The notes beneath the pieces were generated by a model. The model was given only the letters and a program-made list of their open reading frames with translations, made no database searches and was not told where the DNA came from. A program made the translations under genes and the position numbers. Shown one piece after another: positions 50,003-63,414 of a DNA stretch of 64,000 nt; positions within the stretch are counted from its first letter, which is position 1; each line of letters starts with the position of its first letter. The stretch comes from Schmidtea polychroa (taxonomy: Eukaryota), in NCBI GenBank assembly GCA_044892525.1, contig CM097887.1:63364001-63428000 (forward strand), given 5' to 3'.

Positions 50003-50841
50003 TATTGAGTATATCTGAATAACAAAAATTTAAATAATGTTCTAAAATGAATAGGAATGATCAGGAGAAAATGGCTACAACAAATAATGTCATTCTCTCA
50101 AATTCGGGGAAATGAATGAAGCGAAGAAATTAGAAAGCAAAATAGGTATAGCAAAAAATCAATGAAATCAAATAACGAAACGTGATGAGGTCATTTTAAT
50201 TAATAGGTAAAATGAAAATGAAGAAAAAATAAACTAAAACAATTTGGGAATGGAATTCTCCTATTTTATGATATACACGGGATAATAAATGAATCACTGG
50301 AACTGTCGGAAAAATAAAAAGGAAGAAAACGAAATAAAATTATATTTTTTGATAGATGTCAGAGATAATGTGGGAATTAGGAATTTCCAGGAGAATGTGC
50401 TTGAAAAATAGCAAAGTGAAATCAAAACCGTATTTAAAAAGATTTAAAACGAAACAGCCAAATAGAAATAGAAAAGGGAATATTATCATTAAATCAATTA
50501 GCCAGTGATAATCAAATTAACCAGTAGAAATTGTTAAAGTCTTAAATCAAGGCAGGAAAGCAACAGGATAGTTGCGCGAGGTGTCAGCCACTAGCAACAG
50601 TTAAGTTGTCGTATAATTAAAGTGTTTCTAAAGTGCTATTCTTCCAGAAGGGTTATAATATGCACCCGAATACGTTCGAGTTGCATTGATTAATTGGTGT
50701 CATTGTATTCGTTGTAACCATTTGGGGTATTCAATAAATTTAAATTGTTCAAAATTCATTATTGTTGTTGAATGAAACACGCTTGGAGTCATATAGTGGT
50801 TACCGATTTGATAAGCCACCGTCAACCAACGTACTCCGACA
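50003..50841 (+). mobile_element. Solo LTR, family A
   Basis: Start TATTGAGTATATCTGAATAA matches TGTTGAGGATATCTGAATAA at 57010; AAACACGCTTGGAGTCA motif; ends CCGACA; TSD AATT/ACTT. Confidence 0.7.
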
Positions 50842-51777
50842 ACTTTACTAATTCGAAACAGTGAATATAAGGCAAAAATGAAGTAGTTCAATGCGGTATA
50901 ATATTATTAACAAAATCTTTAAATTTACTCAGACCCACAACAAATCACAACGTGAAACAAGAAACTTTCTAAAATACACAGACCACTTGATTAGTAGATG
51001 GGCTCATCTATGGCGTTGAGAATGAGGTCGAAAGGGCCAAAGATCTGAGCATCCTTGTGAGCTTGTCACCTGGCTCACTCGTATTTTCCTGGCCTATTGC
51101 GCTTCTTTGTCTGACAAGAGTAATGTTAACTGGAATAAAATAATCCTCAACAAATTCATACCAACAGACACAGCAGCAAGTTATTCACCATGAAGGAACG
51201 AATGACATGAGTTTCATACATTCAAGTTTAATAAAACTTTAGCACGCCAAAACAAGTCTATTTATTATTATATTCATTGTATTTCATTCTACGATCAACT
51301 AAGTTAAAAGGTTATTGAATGGCGTAGTAGGAACTACTCCTCGTAGGTCAATGTCATTCTTGATTTACAACCTTGTAGTTTATAAGGGTGGCTATTAGCT
51401 ATTTTATTGTATGAAAGTGAATTCTTCTTTTGAAGAAAAAAATGAAAACAAAAATTAAATTGAAAAAATTAATCGTATAATGAAAATTCTAGACTACATA
51501 GACGTAATACCAATACAAATTCTTACTTCTTCAGGCTGGCACAAATTCAGAAAAAAGTAGTATAGTCGGATTTTGGTGTGCGAATATGTGTGTGTGCACT
51601 GATTCAATAAAACAAATTTGAATTATTTGAATTATGATGAATTTTTAATTTTTATTTTTGTCAATTTTTATGGCGATTTTTGATGGTTTATTTTATTTTC
51701 TGATTTTTATATTTTATTTAATTTTAATTAATTTCGCCACCAAGATGAATATAATCATTTTCCAGAATACTCTATGC

Positions 51778-53094
51778 CAGGGGTGTCCAACTTTTCTGTA
51801 TACAAGATCTACTTTTTTGTTAAGAGTGTGCCGAGATCGACTTATTGTCATAGGCCTAGTCTAAGGGGGAATAATGGATGTGTAATGCATACTATGTGTA
51901 TAAGGTGCATAAGGTCCATTCCAGTGAGGTATGTGTAGATACGTAAAATATATGTTCAAACCTATTTTTATTTTCAAATCACTTATTAGTTTTCGAGAAT
52001 TAGGCTCCCGAAGAAAATAAATTGATTTGCTAATCGAGTTTTAAGATCCTTAACTTTATGTTTTCTCAGTTCTGAATTTGGTGGAAAATCAGTTTGATAC
52101 TTGCTATGCAAAGCTAAAAATGTCCCTCCAAATTACCCTTCTTAGCAATGGCTACCGAGGTAAGGCATATTAAACAACATCATTTATCATTCACCATTGT
52201 AAAAAAGTAATCGAGCTCCAACTCTTCATTGAAGTGATAAGTTTTAGATTTCTTCGGTTTACTACTCATATTCATGGGTATACTAAAATGCAAAGAAATA
52301 TTACAATTTAAAGAATACATATTGAATTATTCAGAAAATTCAAAAATTCATGAACTGCGGCTATTATCTCCATTTCATTGAAAGAAATAATAACAATCCT
52401 GCATACTACAATCGGGGATAAGAATACAAGTATATTAAAATCTAATTTAGATATATTCGAATTTACAAGAAGTGTATTAAAGTTACAATTTATTTATTAC
52501 GGTTTACAATAATGACCTCTTACTTTAGATAAAATTACTGATATTCCTAATATATTTGTAATGCTATCCCTTATTTTTCTCCCAGTACAATGACCGCAGT
52601 TTAGAGATCTGTTGCAGAGAATGCACACTTAGTAAGTAAATAAATAGGTAACTAAAGCAATTTAATTTTAAACAAAGAAAATAACATCCATTTTATACAG
52701 AAGAAAAACTGAAATATAACGTGGTCAAGGATAAATAATATTGCTTAATAATAAAGAAATGAAGCTACTTATGGCCACCAAATATTCAAGCTAACTGAAT
52801 GTGTTCTTAGATGAGTCGAGTTGTAACTGTTACGTTCGCACATTGTGTTCGGTAACAATGTAACACATAAGTCAAAATGTATTGTGCTGGGCGAGTGGAT
52901 ATAACAGTGTCTGGTTATAATTCTAGGTATACATGAACTTGGTAAGTTCGCAGAATACATTCAACTATTAGCACAAAGCTTTGTCTTCTAAAATCTCTTC
53001 AAAGTCATGGTAGTAAACGGAATATTTCCAAGACATTGCGAGAGATCGACGATCGATCAAAATTGGCCTCGCGATCGACTTGTTGTCAACCCTG
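51778..53094. mobile_element. Non-autonomous hAT element with a GTF2IRD2/SPIN-like transposase N-terminal remnant (minus strand, about 52000-52290)
   Basis: CAGGGGTGTCCAAC / GTTGTCAACCCTG ends, perfect 8-bp TSD CTCTATGC; MSSKPKKSKTYHFNEE.ELDYFF...CCLIC...KKGNLE.HF. Confidence 0.9.
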
Positions 53095-53129
53095 CTCTAT
53101 GCTACTGTTGTTAGTTTGATACGTTCGTA

Positions 53130-54000
53130 CGCGCTACTGATGGGGTAAGTAAGTTTTGAATAAGTAATATGTAATATGTAATATGTTTTTTATGTTAATA
53201 AGTGCGTGCGTGTGGTGTGTAAGGAGATTTGAAAAGCCCGATAGAGTCTCCGATAAAAAATAGGTGTTGGGACAATCAGGGTGTAGGTGTGTACGTTTAC
53301 GAAATATTACAAAATAACAGGTATTTAAAATTACAAATTTATTAATAAAGAAAATGATACTTCGAGATACTTTCACGATAATAGGAAGGTGTATGGATCG
53401 ATTCTTCTGTAATGCTTCGACTATATTTCTATTATAACTTGAAGTTGTTTATTCTAACGATAATATTTGGGGCGATTAGTCTTAGACAAATTCAGTAACT
53501 TTAGTACTAGTCTTGTCTGGTTTTTCACTTAATTTTCTCTAGTTCTAGGATTACTTAATCCTTTAATTTACCTTCTTAGGATCGTTCTCAGAATTTGAAT
53601 TTAATTTCGTTATCAATTGGCTTCTGGATCTCTTTTCTTTTCTCCTGTAATTTTATCTTATTTCTTCCTGTTTCTTTGATGATGATTTGGTAAGTGATTT
53701 TCAATATATCCTCAATCTAGTTTCAGTTATGTCTTCAGTTAATTTAGCCTCGTTTATTCTAACTTTCGGTTAATTTTTCAACTTTTAATTCAGTTTATAG
53801 ATTTTTAAATCTATTTTTCTCATTTTCAATTTTTTCTATAGCGATAATTTACTATAGTAAATTATCGCAATATAGTTTATTTTTTTTAATATCCTTCGCC
53901 CGGCGCTAAGACCAAAAGAAAACAAATCCTAATTGGAATAACGTTGAAAACCGCAATGACCATTAAAAAACAACAATCTATTACAGCTACTTTAATGATT
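53130..54000 (-). mobile_element. Family-B LTR-like element (boundaries approximate)
   Basis: Reverse complement shares the CACAC...TGTCCC...GGAGACTC...CAAA block and the AAATTATCGCTATAG block with 34924-35598; 28-bp perfect palindrome at 53841-53868. Confidence 0.55.
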
Positions 54001-54485
54001 TTATTATATAATTCTTATTTAAATTATTTACGTTATTTTATTTTAGTTCTTTGCTAATTTAATTTCTAAATTTTTATATTTTACTTATTTTCAACTAGTA
54101 TCTTGGCGTGATAACGCGCCCCTGCTACCGCACGAACTAATACGATCGCTATTTCATACTTGTCGATTCTTGTTTATTGTTTTTTATTCCAAATGTGTAT
54201 TTACCTGACTACTTAAAGAAAGTGGGGGCCTGGTTGTTGCGCAATTTTCTATTGTCCTCTAGCAGCGTGGCACTTTTAGCTAATTCTCTAAAAATCATGT
54301 TGGTACTCAAAGGGTTAAATTATGTTTTCTGAATTCTAAACGACTATCTATAAAAGCTGAATATTCTTCCTAAACTTATCTGATGTAATTACAATAACAT
54401 ATTTTTCATAAATTAATAAAAAAAATCAATAAATTTCGTCCAAATTATAATATTTTTCACTAAAGTTAAATGTAACTTAATTATT

Positions 54486-56050
54486 TTACCACTTATTTGG
54501 CATTTCAAATTGAGATTCAGCAAGAATTTTACTATCAAACTCTTCGTCATTTTTTGTAGGACCAAAGACTATTTTCCTAGTTCCAAAATGTAAATTATCA
54601 TACTTATAGCCAAATTTTTTGGACTCTTTAAATAAATGAGCATGTGTAATCAGTGGAAAAATAGCTGGTAGATATGAATGCCTGGAATGGCCTGGTCTTG
54701 CATTTGTTTCTGGATATTCGTCCAATTTTGGTTTATATCTGTTCATATATTCCTATTGAATAAATGCATTTTAAAGAAAAAAAATAATATTTACCTCAAA
54801 TATTCTATCAGTTTGAGTATGATGGAAAATAAATATGGGGTCACTAGGTGCTGTACCACTGCAGCACATTGAACCATCAATCATATTATGTATTTTGTTA
54901 TGCATGTAAAATAAATCACTTGCTTTTTCAGGTTGACCACACATACCTTCCAAAGCTCTGTGAAACGATTCACATGCTACATCAGTTATTCTTTCTCCTT
55001 GGACGTGAAATCTATTAATTAAAACATTTTCATGTTGTAAAATTCAGAAAAATATTACCGTCGCTTGGATAGTACGAATTCGACATCATCACTTGTTGGA
55101 AATTCAAAACTATTCCATTCTCTTGTAATTTTACCATAATTTCCAGTAACGTGACATCCATAACATGGAGATTCATCAGCGTTATCTGGTTCTTGACAGA
55201 ACTCAGTCCAATTTCCAAATGGGCTTCTTAAACTGATTCTTACTCCATCTTTGTCTCTAAAACCAGGGGCCCCAGCCATATCATCTGTACAAATATCACA
55301 ACTAGTCTGATCTGTCCAATCCCAATATGGCAAGGCAAAGTTTTTTATTCCAAACTCTTTTCTAGCTATATTTTGAAGAAGTCTCTCCCAAAACATCATA
55401 TAATATCTATGCCATGTAGCAAATCCTATTGCTTCATGATTAAAATTTAAAATACCAAAATTTTGACAGTCAAGGTAATCTTCAAACATTGTAGCACGAC
55501 TTCCAAATCTATGAATAAATACAATCATATATTGAATTGAAGCTGGAATCCATTTAATAGGTTTAGTTAAGGGATCACTATTGGCATTTGATTTGTCTAC
55601 ATAAACGCTGTATTCCGAAGGAACATAAAGACTTCTGTCTATAACGGTTCTAGTAATGAATTTATCTCTCTTGCTCAAATGTTTTATGTTTCTGCGTACT
55701 ATCATTGTACGTTTATCACAATGATGTCCTTCCCATCCATACCAACATTCATTGCAAGCAATGCCAAAATAATTATCTCTACAATGGCAAACTGAATGAA
55801 AAAACCGTTTTGGCCACTGAACTCTATCGTCGTATCGAAAGATTTCAGGAATTTTTTCATGAAAATAATCTATATGGCCGCATATTCCTCTTTCATGGCC
55901 TCCACAAACTTCATGGTTGCGTTTCGACCGAGGACAACAAACACCCGTTGTTGTGGCATTATGAACACAAACTGTAGGAATTAAGCATTGTGAGACATCA
56001 ATAAATACAGATATTATTGAAAATGTTACAAATAATAATTTAGAAAGCAT
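54486..56050 (-). CDS. tyr: Tyrosinase, flatworm type, 491 aa: join(56050..55059,55011..54795,54752..54486)
   Basis: Signal peptide; Cys-rich/EGF region (CCP..CGG..RG.C, DDR..WP..FF..C.C); CuA H...FNHE..FATWHR and CuB MHNKIHN...DPIFIFHH; 47- and 42-nt GT-AG introns; total 1476 nt in frame. Confidence 0.95.
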
Positions 56051-57009
56051 GCCTGAAATCAAGTGAATGATAAAATAAATCTTGTTGTTAATACATTTAA
56101 AACAAAAGTCAAAGTCTTTCTTTATCGACTGACGGTTTTATCAAAGAAATAAAGACATTAGAATGAATAAGAGTAAAGATAAATTTAAACTGTTATCTAA
56201 ATAATGTTTTGAATAAATACTTATTGATATTTTTATGAAGAACTAACTTTATCGGGGTTGAAATAAATCTTTGTTTAATTATATCATAATTATATTGTTT
56301 AATTAGTGCATATGAAAAATATACAATAAAACTAAGCAGGATTTTATTACGATTTTAAGAAATAGTAGTTACTTAAAAATATATAATCATGTTGTACCTA
56401 AGTCCAAAGAGACATTATTTAGTGAGAGACTAATAAACTACCAAAGGGTCGCTTATAAATTGAAAATGAACTTACTCCTTTTCTACTTCTTCAACATTAA
56501 AAGGATTGGTAATAGATTAAATCAAACTACAAAGAATTAAGTGTCACATTTCTCTCAAAGAGATGTCAGTACAAAGAACTGGTCTTGTTAGAATGTATTA
56601 AAAGTGTTTGGCAAAATTAATCGGTAGAATAACATGCAAACATGATCATCAAGTGAAGTTAAATCCAGAACATATCGGAACACCAAATAAACAAGGTAAA
56701 GGTAAAGGTAACAAACAAACCTAAAAATCATGAAGCTAAAAGTAATATTAAAATATTAACAAAGGCAAAAAGTTTGACAATTAAAATAACACAAACATGA
56801 CAGGTACAAATAACAAATTTTAAACAAATTCAAATGGAAGGTGATAATAAGGAATAAAAAGTAGAATAAAAATGATATAATAAAAAATGATAAAATATAA
56901 TTTAATTAAATTAGATTAGAAAAAAATAAAAGAAACCTAAGGATGTAGTGCCTGAAATATGCACATTTAATTTTACTTAATTTGATTAAGTTGTTTTAAT
57001 TATTTAAAT

Positions 57010-57858
57010 TGTTGAGGATATCTGAATAATAAATCATATGACATATAATAAATCGTCATAACAAACGGAACGATATATAGGAATGCGAAGAAGAAGACGT
57101 AAGTAAAAAGAAGCATCATTAATTAGCAAGTACAATAGTGGAAAAAGGAATTTCAAATTCCAAAAACGAAACAAGAGAAAATGTATATCTTGACAGCTTG
57201 TCACAGATATCGAAAGTTTAAGAAGAGTCGGCCTAACAAAAAAAGGGAAAAGCAAGGCATATCTCGACATCTGTCAGAGATAAGGTAAGGACAGTTGGAA
57301 TTGCGGGAAGGAGAAAAATGGGAAAACAAAATTATCTCAAGTATTGCAAATTTAACAATCTATAAAAGGAAAAGATACAGAAACCAGTCAGAGTTAAAAA
57401 GGATAGTTAAAAAGTTAAATAAAGAATTTCAGAAGCCGAAGAGAAATTTGAATTTGGATTAAAACTTAAAGTAGTTAAGAAGAGATATTTTATTGGGAAG
57501 ACAACAGAATCTTTGTAAACATAATAAAGGTGGAAAAGGAGAGAATGATTGTGGTCAAAGCAATAGAGCAATCGAATAACGTATTCCTGTGATTAAATCG
57601 ATCGACGATTAGTGATTATTATTGTTATTGGCGGATTATACACGGAGAGCTATTCTTCACGTAGTGATGTAATAAGCTCTGAATAATTGTCTATATTAGA
57701 ATTGATTCGCTGTAATCGAAACTTGTACAATCTATTGTGATTATTAATAAAGGTTATAATGTTCGAAATTGTAAATTTGTGAATTGATAAAACACGCTTG
57801 AAGTCAGAGACATTATTATTGAATTTATAACTCATAACGGATCAAATAAAACCCAACA
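57010..57858 (+). mobile_element. Solo LTR, family A (849 bp)
   Basis: TGTTGAGGAT...CCCAACA with perfect TSD AAAT. Confidence 0.88.
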
Positions 57859-57869
57859 AAATTAAAATT

Positions 57870-58420
57870 ACAAAAATTGTGTGAATATCAAAAAACATCG
57901 ATATCTTTACTGATTCATAGACAATTTTATCCAATGTGTTATTGCATAAACATCAATCTCTTTGTTTTATATATACCTGCCTCATCAGTGTTCGAAGTTC
58001 ACCTAATGGAAATATCAGTTCGCATTTCAAGTTTGGAAAACAAAGAGCAAACTATTGTTTTGGGTCAATATCGAGTTCAACTTGTGAAAATCTTTATTAT
58101 GAACCGACTTTACATTTAGTCATGATCACTTGTTTGCTTTTGACAATCTCATTCGTAGAAAGGGAACAAATACAAAATGAAGCTCTTACTTCAGATCGCT
58201 CGGGTTTCCCTTAATTAATTAATTAACGATTTCCTGTTTTTGTAAATTTTATTGCATTTTTACCCTTTCTCGCATAATCTGATAAATCCATTCTCGTCAT
58301 AATCTTTCCCTGATTTCATCCGCATCTAACCCGTTTTTCAAATATTTATTCGATGATTACTTGATTTTGAATTTTAAATATTCATTTTTTAATTATATGG
58401 AAATTTTAAATGTAACAACC
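57870..58420 (-). mobile_element. LTR-like fragment related to 9977-11035
   Basis: CTCGGGTTTCCCTTAATTAATTAATTAACG is the reverse complement of the CGTTAATTAATTAATT...GGGAAACCCGAG block at about 10318-10372. Confidence 0.45.
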
Positions 58421-58547
58421 CCAACATAATTTCATTGTTAATAGTCATTTTCTCGACATAAATGCATATATTATAGTTGAATTCAATTTATCCGTCAATG
58501 ATTTATTTTTTATTAACATTGTTAATATATTCGAAATTAATATTGTT

Positions 58548-59442
58548 TGTTGGGTTATTGGGTTGGTGACTCTGACTCCAAAGCGTGTTTATTAATTCAC
58601 AATCCAACACTCTCGAACACAATAAGCTTTATTAATATCCACACGGAATTGTACAAATTTCAATTACAATCAATTAACTATAAACCAATTTATCACACAG
58701 AGGTTATTTCGACACTACATGAAGAATAGCCCTTTCTGTAATCACAACAATAATCACTAGCCGTCAACTACTCAATTACAGGATACGTTGATCGATTGTT
58801 CTATTTGCTTTGACCACACAATTTATTTACTCCACTTTTACTTTATATTCAATTCTATAAAAGATTCTCGTCGCTTCTCGTTTCACTCTGTTTTGATTCT
58901 CCTTTTTAACTCTTTTCGTCTCTAATTTTGTTCTACTTTTTGTCTCTAATTTCGTTCTGTTCTGTTTTCGTTCTACTTTTGTTTTGTTTTCTCGTCCACC
59001 AGTTTTCCTTTATATAGTTATTTTGTTTATGGCACTGGCGCAAGATTTTGTTTTCCTATTTTCATTTTCTTCTGCGTTCCCCGCTATGTCAGCCTTATCT
59101 CTGACAGATGTCGAGATATTTTTCCCTTTCCCTCTTTTGTTTGACGCCTTTTCTCAGCAATTACGTTATCACTGGCAGGCTGCCGAGATAAGAATATTGT
59201 TGTTTTCTTTTTTTCCTGATTTCGAAATTACTTTTTCTTTTTGTACTAATTAATTAGTACTGACCCTGGCTTTTATTTTCATGTTTGATTCCTTTAATTT
59301 CCTTTATCTTTCTCATTTTTAATTTCTTTTTACTTCCGTTTTCTTTTCTGAGTTCCCATAGATCGTCCCGTTTGTCATGGCGATCTTTCCACAGGTTATT
59401 TTATTTATTTATTTATAAATTGTTATTTAGGTATTCTCAACA
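58548..59442 (-). mobile_element. Solo LTR, family A (895 bp), inverted relative to 57010-57858
   Basis: TGTTGGG...CTCAACA with perfect TSD TGTT; aligns along its length with the 57010 copy. Confidence 0.88.
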
Positions 59443-59449
59443 TGTTTAT

Positions 59450-59612
59450 TAGGCTTGCCAACTCTCTCGTTTTTGCCGAGAGTCTCCCGGAATCGGCTTC
59501 GTCTCCCGACTCCCGGTTAACTATGACCCGGGAGATGTAAATCTCCCGTCTTTCCGTTGGCACTATCTGGTTTGGTGATAATTTGGCGGAAATGAGATAA
59601 CATGACAACATT
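59450..59612. mobile_element. Degenerate hAT MITE (TAGGGTTGCCA type)
   Basis: TAGGCTTGCCAAC start and clustered CTCCCG/CGGGAG motifs; right TIR decayed, no TSD found. Confidence 0.5.
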
Positions 59613-59863
59613 GGAAATGATTAGAGAGATTAAACAATATATCATGTACAAGACTGGAAAAGTAAACATGAATACAAAAACAACAATATAAGTGCTAATG
59701 GAAAATACTAAATTTTGACAACCCTAAAAATTATTATTATTATTATTATAAGAAAAATTATTATCAAAATTCCATATTATGATTTGAAAAGTTCAGGTGA
59801 TTTTCCTTTCAAAATAAAACCAATTAAATTGATTAACAAATACTACTTTAATAGATTATTTCG

Positions 59864-60780
59864 TGTATACATCCAGTAAACCCTTTATAAATAAAGTAAA
59901 TTGCTTATCTGACTCCGACAGTGTTATTTAATAACCACAATGGCAAATCCAAACGACGTAAAACTTTATTGATTATCACAGCTGATTACAACGAATTCAA
60001 TGATACCAATTTTCAACACACCCCAAATGTTTCAAATGCTTATTATAACCCTCCGAAAAGAATAGCACAACAATAACAATACTTAGAACACGACCGCTTG
60101 ACTACCTCATGTAATGGTTGCTTTTAACTTGATTCAAATTTCTCAACTATCTCTGATTCACTAATTTAATACGCTAGGTTTCTTCCAACTGTTTCCTTAT
60201 CCTCAACATTTTATTTTACTCCGTAAATTCTAATTTCTCACAAATTTCTTTCTAACAAATTTTCTCTCTTTTCGTCACCAGATTTTCTAGTAGCAATTTT
60301 CTCTCCTCCCAATTTTTGTGTTCATATTTTATACTTTTCCATCTGATGGCACTTATTGATAATTCATTCTTTTTTTTCATTTTTCCATTGGCATTCCGTA
60401 ATCTCTGACAGCTGTCGAGATAATATATATTTTTTACAATCCAGTTTCTCGGATTTCCAATGCCTTTTACACTCTCTATCTCGAGTAGGCCATCGAAATA
60501 ACAAGCCAGTCCAAATTTTGTTTTGCTTTCTGTTTCGCTTCTTTTGCACTTGTACTTATTAATTAAAAATGATCTTTTTTAATTGTCTGTTTTTATTGAT
60601 TTTCTTCTGTTCCCTCCCTCATTTTCAACATCTCTATTCCACTCTTGTTTTACTGAGTTCCAGAAGAATGCCCCATTCATTCATCGTCTATCCCCTCAAT
60701 CATTTTACGCATTTAATGACTAAAAATTTACGTACCAAAAGAGAGATTTGTAAGGAGTGATAAACTAAATTGTCTTTTGA
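59864..60780 (-). mobile_element. Diverged family-A-like LTR (boundaries approximate)
   Basis: TCTGACTCCGACAGTGTT motif at 59908 and pyrimidine-rich body as in the other minus-strand LTRs. Confidence 0.5.
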
Positions 60781-60863
60781 CATAGGGTGATACACATAGG
60801 GCATTTACCCAGGTGTTTTAACATTAAAGGAAAAGAGTTTGTACAATGTGAAAATAAAGATTT

Positions 60864-60945
60864 TGTTGGGATCTGAGTTTTACTGCTGAACACGAGGAAT
60901 CAGATCAACCTTTAGTCCCATGACAAACATTTTAATATCCCAACA
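60864..60945 (+). mobile_element. 82-bp miniature LTR-derived element
   Basis: TGTTGGGAT...ATCCCAACA termini, GAACACGAGGAATCAGA motif, perfect TSD ATTT. Confidence 0.8.
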
Positions 60946-61074
60946 ATTTAATTGAAACAAGTTGTTTAAATTTATTGTCTTCCTCGGAGTAATAAAAATT
61001 GAAAATAAACATAATTGATTAAGTCTTTATTTTATAAAAAGAATTGATGAATTAACTTTATTTTGAAACTTTAT

Positions 61075-62096
61075 TTAAGTACATCCATAATAGTCTCGAA
61101 CTTTTTTAGCATCATTTTTGGTTACTTCCATATTAAAAGCTATTTTACCACCATTCTTTCTTAATATCGTTTCCTTACCGTTACATGTAAAAGCTTCCGA
61201 AGGATATTGCATGATGCTGTCAAAATCATAAGGAGTTGTCGTTTTGCATCCTTGACACAAATAAAAATTTCCGCACACTAAAATATTAGAAATATGAAAT
61301 TATAACTTGTAATTTAATAAACATACGAGCATTTTTAACATTTTGAAACTGAATGTTCAAATTCTCGTCTCTATCTGGTCGAGTATGTTCGTGTTGAAAT
61401 CCGAGAGAATGGGTAAATTCATGCTTAACATTTCTTTTATTAACACAGGGGTCAGCAAGCGTAATTCGTAGAGGATAATTTGAATTATATCCAACATTAG
61501 CTGAGCAACCTCCCCCGCTGACAACAGTTGCAAAGACACCGCTTTTTTCTTCCTTAAATTTTATACAGTTTCCTAATTCTTTTTCATACGTTTTAAGAAA
61601 GTCTCTGACTGATTTTTTGTTTTTATCAGCTAATGAAAATTAAAATAAATATATTTTTGTTTTATTAAATAACCAAAAGACGGGTCGAATGTGTATCGCA
61701 GTTCATTTTTTGGCCATTTCTCTCCATCAGCTGCTTTATACTAAAGTAATAAATTATATTTATATTTCTAATTTTAATAACAAATAAAATAGTTAAAATT
61801 CCAATAAAATAATTTGAATTATCGGAAATAAATTTTAAAATAATCTTTATCATTTAATTTTTAATATTTAATTTTTATAAATTTAACCCCATTTATCTTC
61901 AGGATTTCGACAGGGCTAAGAACCATGTCTCCAACATTGAAGTCCGCAATTTTAATTCCCTGTTTAAATTATCAGAAATTATTTAAAATTAAAATAATAA
62001 AATATCAATTACTTTCTGCGTACATCCACATTGAGCAGAGCACAAACTAAACAATGTTATTAGTAAGAAACAAATTACTCCAATTTTCAAGATCAT
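61075..62096 (-). CDS. Secreted astacin (M12A) metalloprotease, 242 aa: join(62096..62013,61959..61888,61740..61674,61629..61327,61277..61075)
   Basis: Signal peptide MILKIGVICFLLITLFSLCSA; pro-peptide FNVGDMVL; HEFTHSLGFQHEHTRPDRD zinc motif; Met-turn YDFDSIMQY; all introns GT-AG, 729 nt in frame. Confidence 0.92.
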
Positions 62097-62622
62097 TTTA
62101 AATATTTTGTTTCAATAGTAAATTTGGAATTTATAGAAATTTCCTAACAGAAAAAATAACATTTAATTAAATTTTTGCTTTTTTAACGTGTTTCTAATTG
62201 AATTATCAATATTTAGACAAACTTCAATTCCTTTAAAACATCTATTTTTATTTATTTAGATTGTTTAAACGTCATTTGATTTTGCTAAATTAGCATTTTC
62301 CATTAATTAATTAAAATTTATTATTAATTAATTAATTTTATAATTTTTCTATATTTGTAAATAACACATTTATTATTCTTTTATTTCTTAAATTTGAAAA
62401 CTTTTGCTTGTCTTTTCCTATCTTCAAATGATGCATTACATTTCAGAAAATATTAATTCTAATTTTTCGAATTCCCAATCGGTCCATGAACTCTTTTGCT
62501 ATGTATTTTTATAGGAGTTATGAAAATACTAAATCATAAAATATACTACACCTCTCAGCGTGCTTGCAAAAAGTGAACAAATCTAATGGTATTAACATTT
62601 TTCGGCACAGATGCGGATACTA

Positions 62623-63414
62623 TGTTGACACAATAAAAAGAAACTAAATGGTACGCATATAAAATAAATTAAAATTATTTAGTAAAAGCAGAAAAATAAA
62701 AAATTGACGGATTTTGAAGGGAGCGGGTATATATGATAATAAATAATGAGACAAATGCAGATATAATAATAAAAAAACAATGAGGTTCCCATAAAACGAT
62801 TCAAAAATAGAAATTAAAAAAAGTTATTAGATATATGGAGATCTCAAACCATTGTAGAAACCCGAGCGGTAATTAAGAGAATAAAAAATTAAGCGTGTCT
62901 TTAAAATCATTTAAAGATGATCAGTTTTGAATTAGCAGAACGAGATTTTTGAACAAAGCCGAGAAATCATCTGCTTAATCTTTTGGTTTTGAGTAGATTT
63001 TAGTCGTTGGCCAATTTGATTATTTAATTACAATAATCAGAAAATTAAAATCTGTATAAAAAGAAACAACATTAAAAGAAAAGTGACAGTTTGATCGAAG
63101 AGATTCTTACAAAAGAGAACAGAAAAATAATTAAATAGTTGATTAAAAAAGATCAAAGAGTAATGGAGCGAGGCTATCGTAAAATCAAATTTATTAAAGG
63201 AAAAATCAGATTCAAAATATAATAAGAAGTGGGCCTCTCGTTGGTTACTTTATTTTTTAATTTTTATAGAAGAGTGCAGATCAAATAGGAGTGTAAGAGT
63301 ATCGAATTTAGTTATGTTTAATAAAGCATTCTGTGTTTGGTCTTATTTTAATAATTGAAACAAAGAGCACGAAGATTCAAATTCATTACCGACTTTACCA
63401 ATAATAATCCAACA
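62623..63414 (+). mobile_element. Diverged solo LTR, family A
   Basis: TGTTGACAC...ATCCAACA ends with degenerate GAGCACGAAGATTCA motif; TSD not conserved. Confidence 0.6.

Noticed and set aside
50993-51011. AGTAGATG-GGCT-CATCTAT as fused Maverick termini
   Set aside because: Only a 6-bp perfect stem with no other Maverick sequence nearby; compatible with chance.
55705-55984. ORFs 55705-55977 (+) and 55796-55984 (-)
   Set aside because: Antisense or alternative frames of tyrosinase exon 1.
61665-61853. ORF MIKIILKF... as the astacin start exon
   Set aside because: A better model uses upstream exons 62096-62013 (clear signal peptide) and 61959-61888 (pro-peptide); this stretch is mostly intron.
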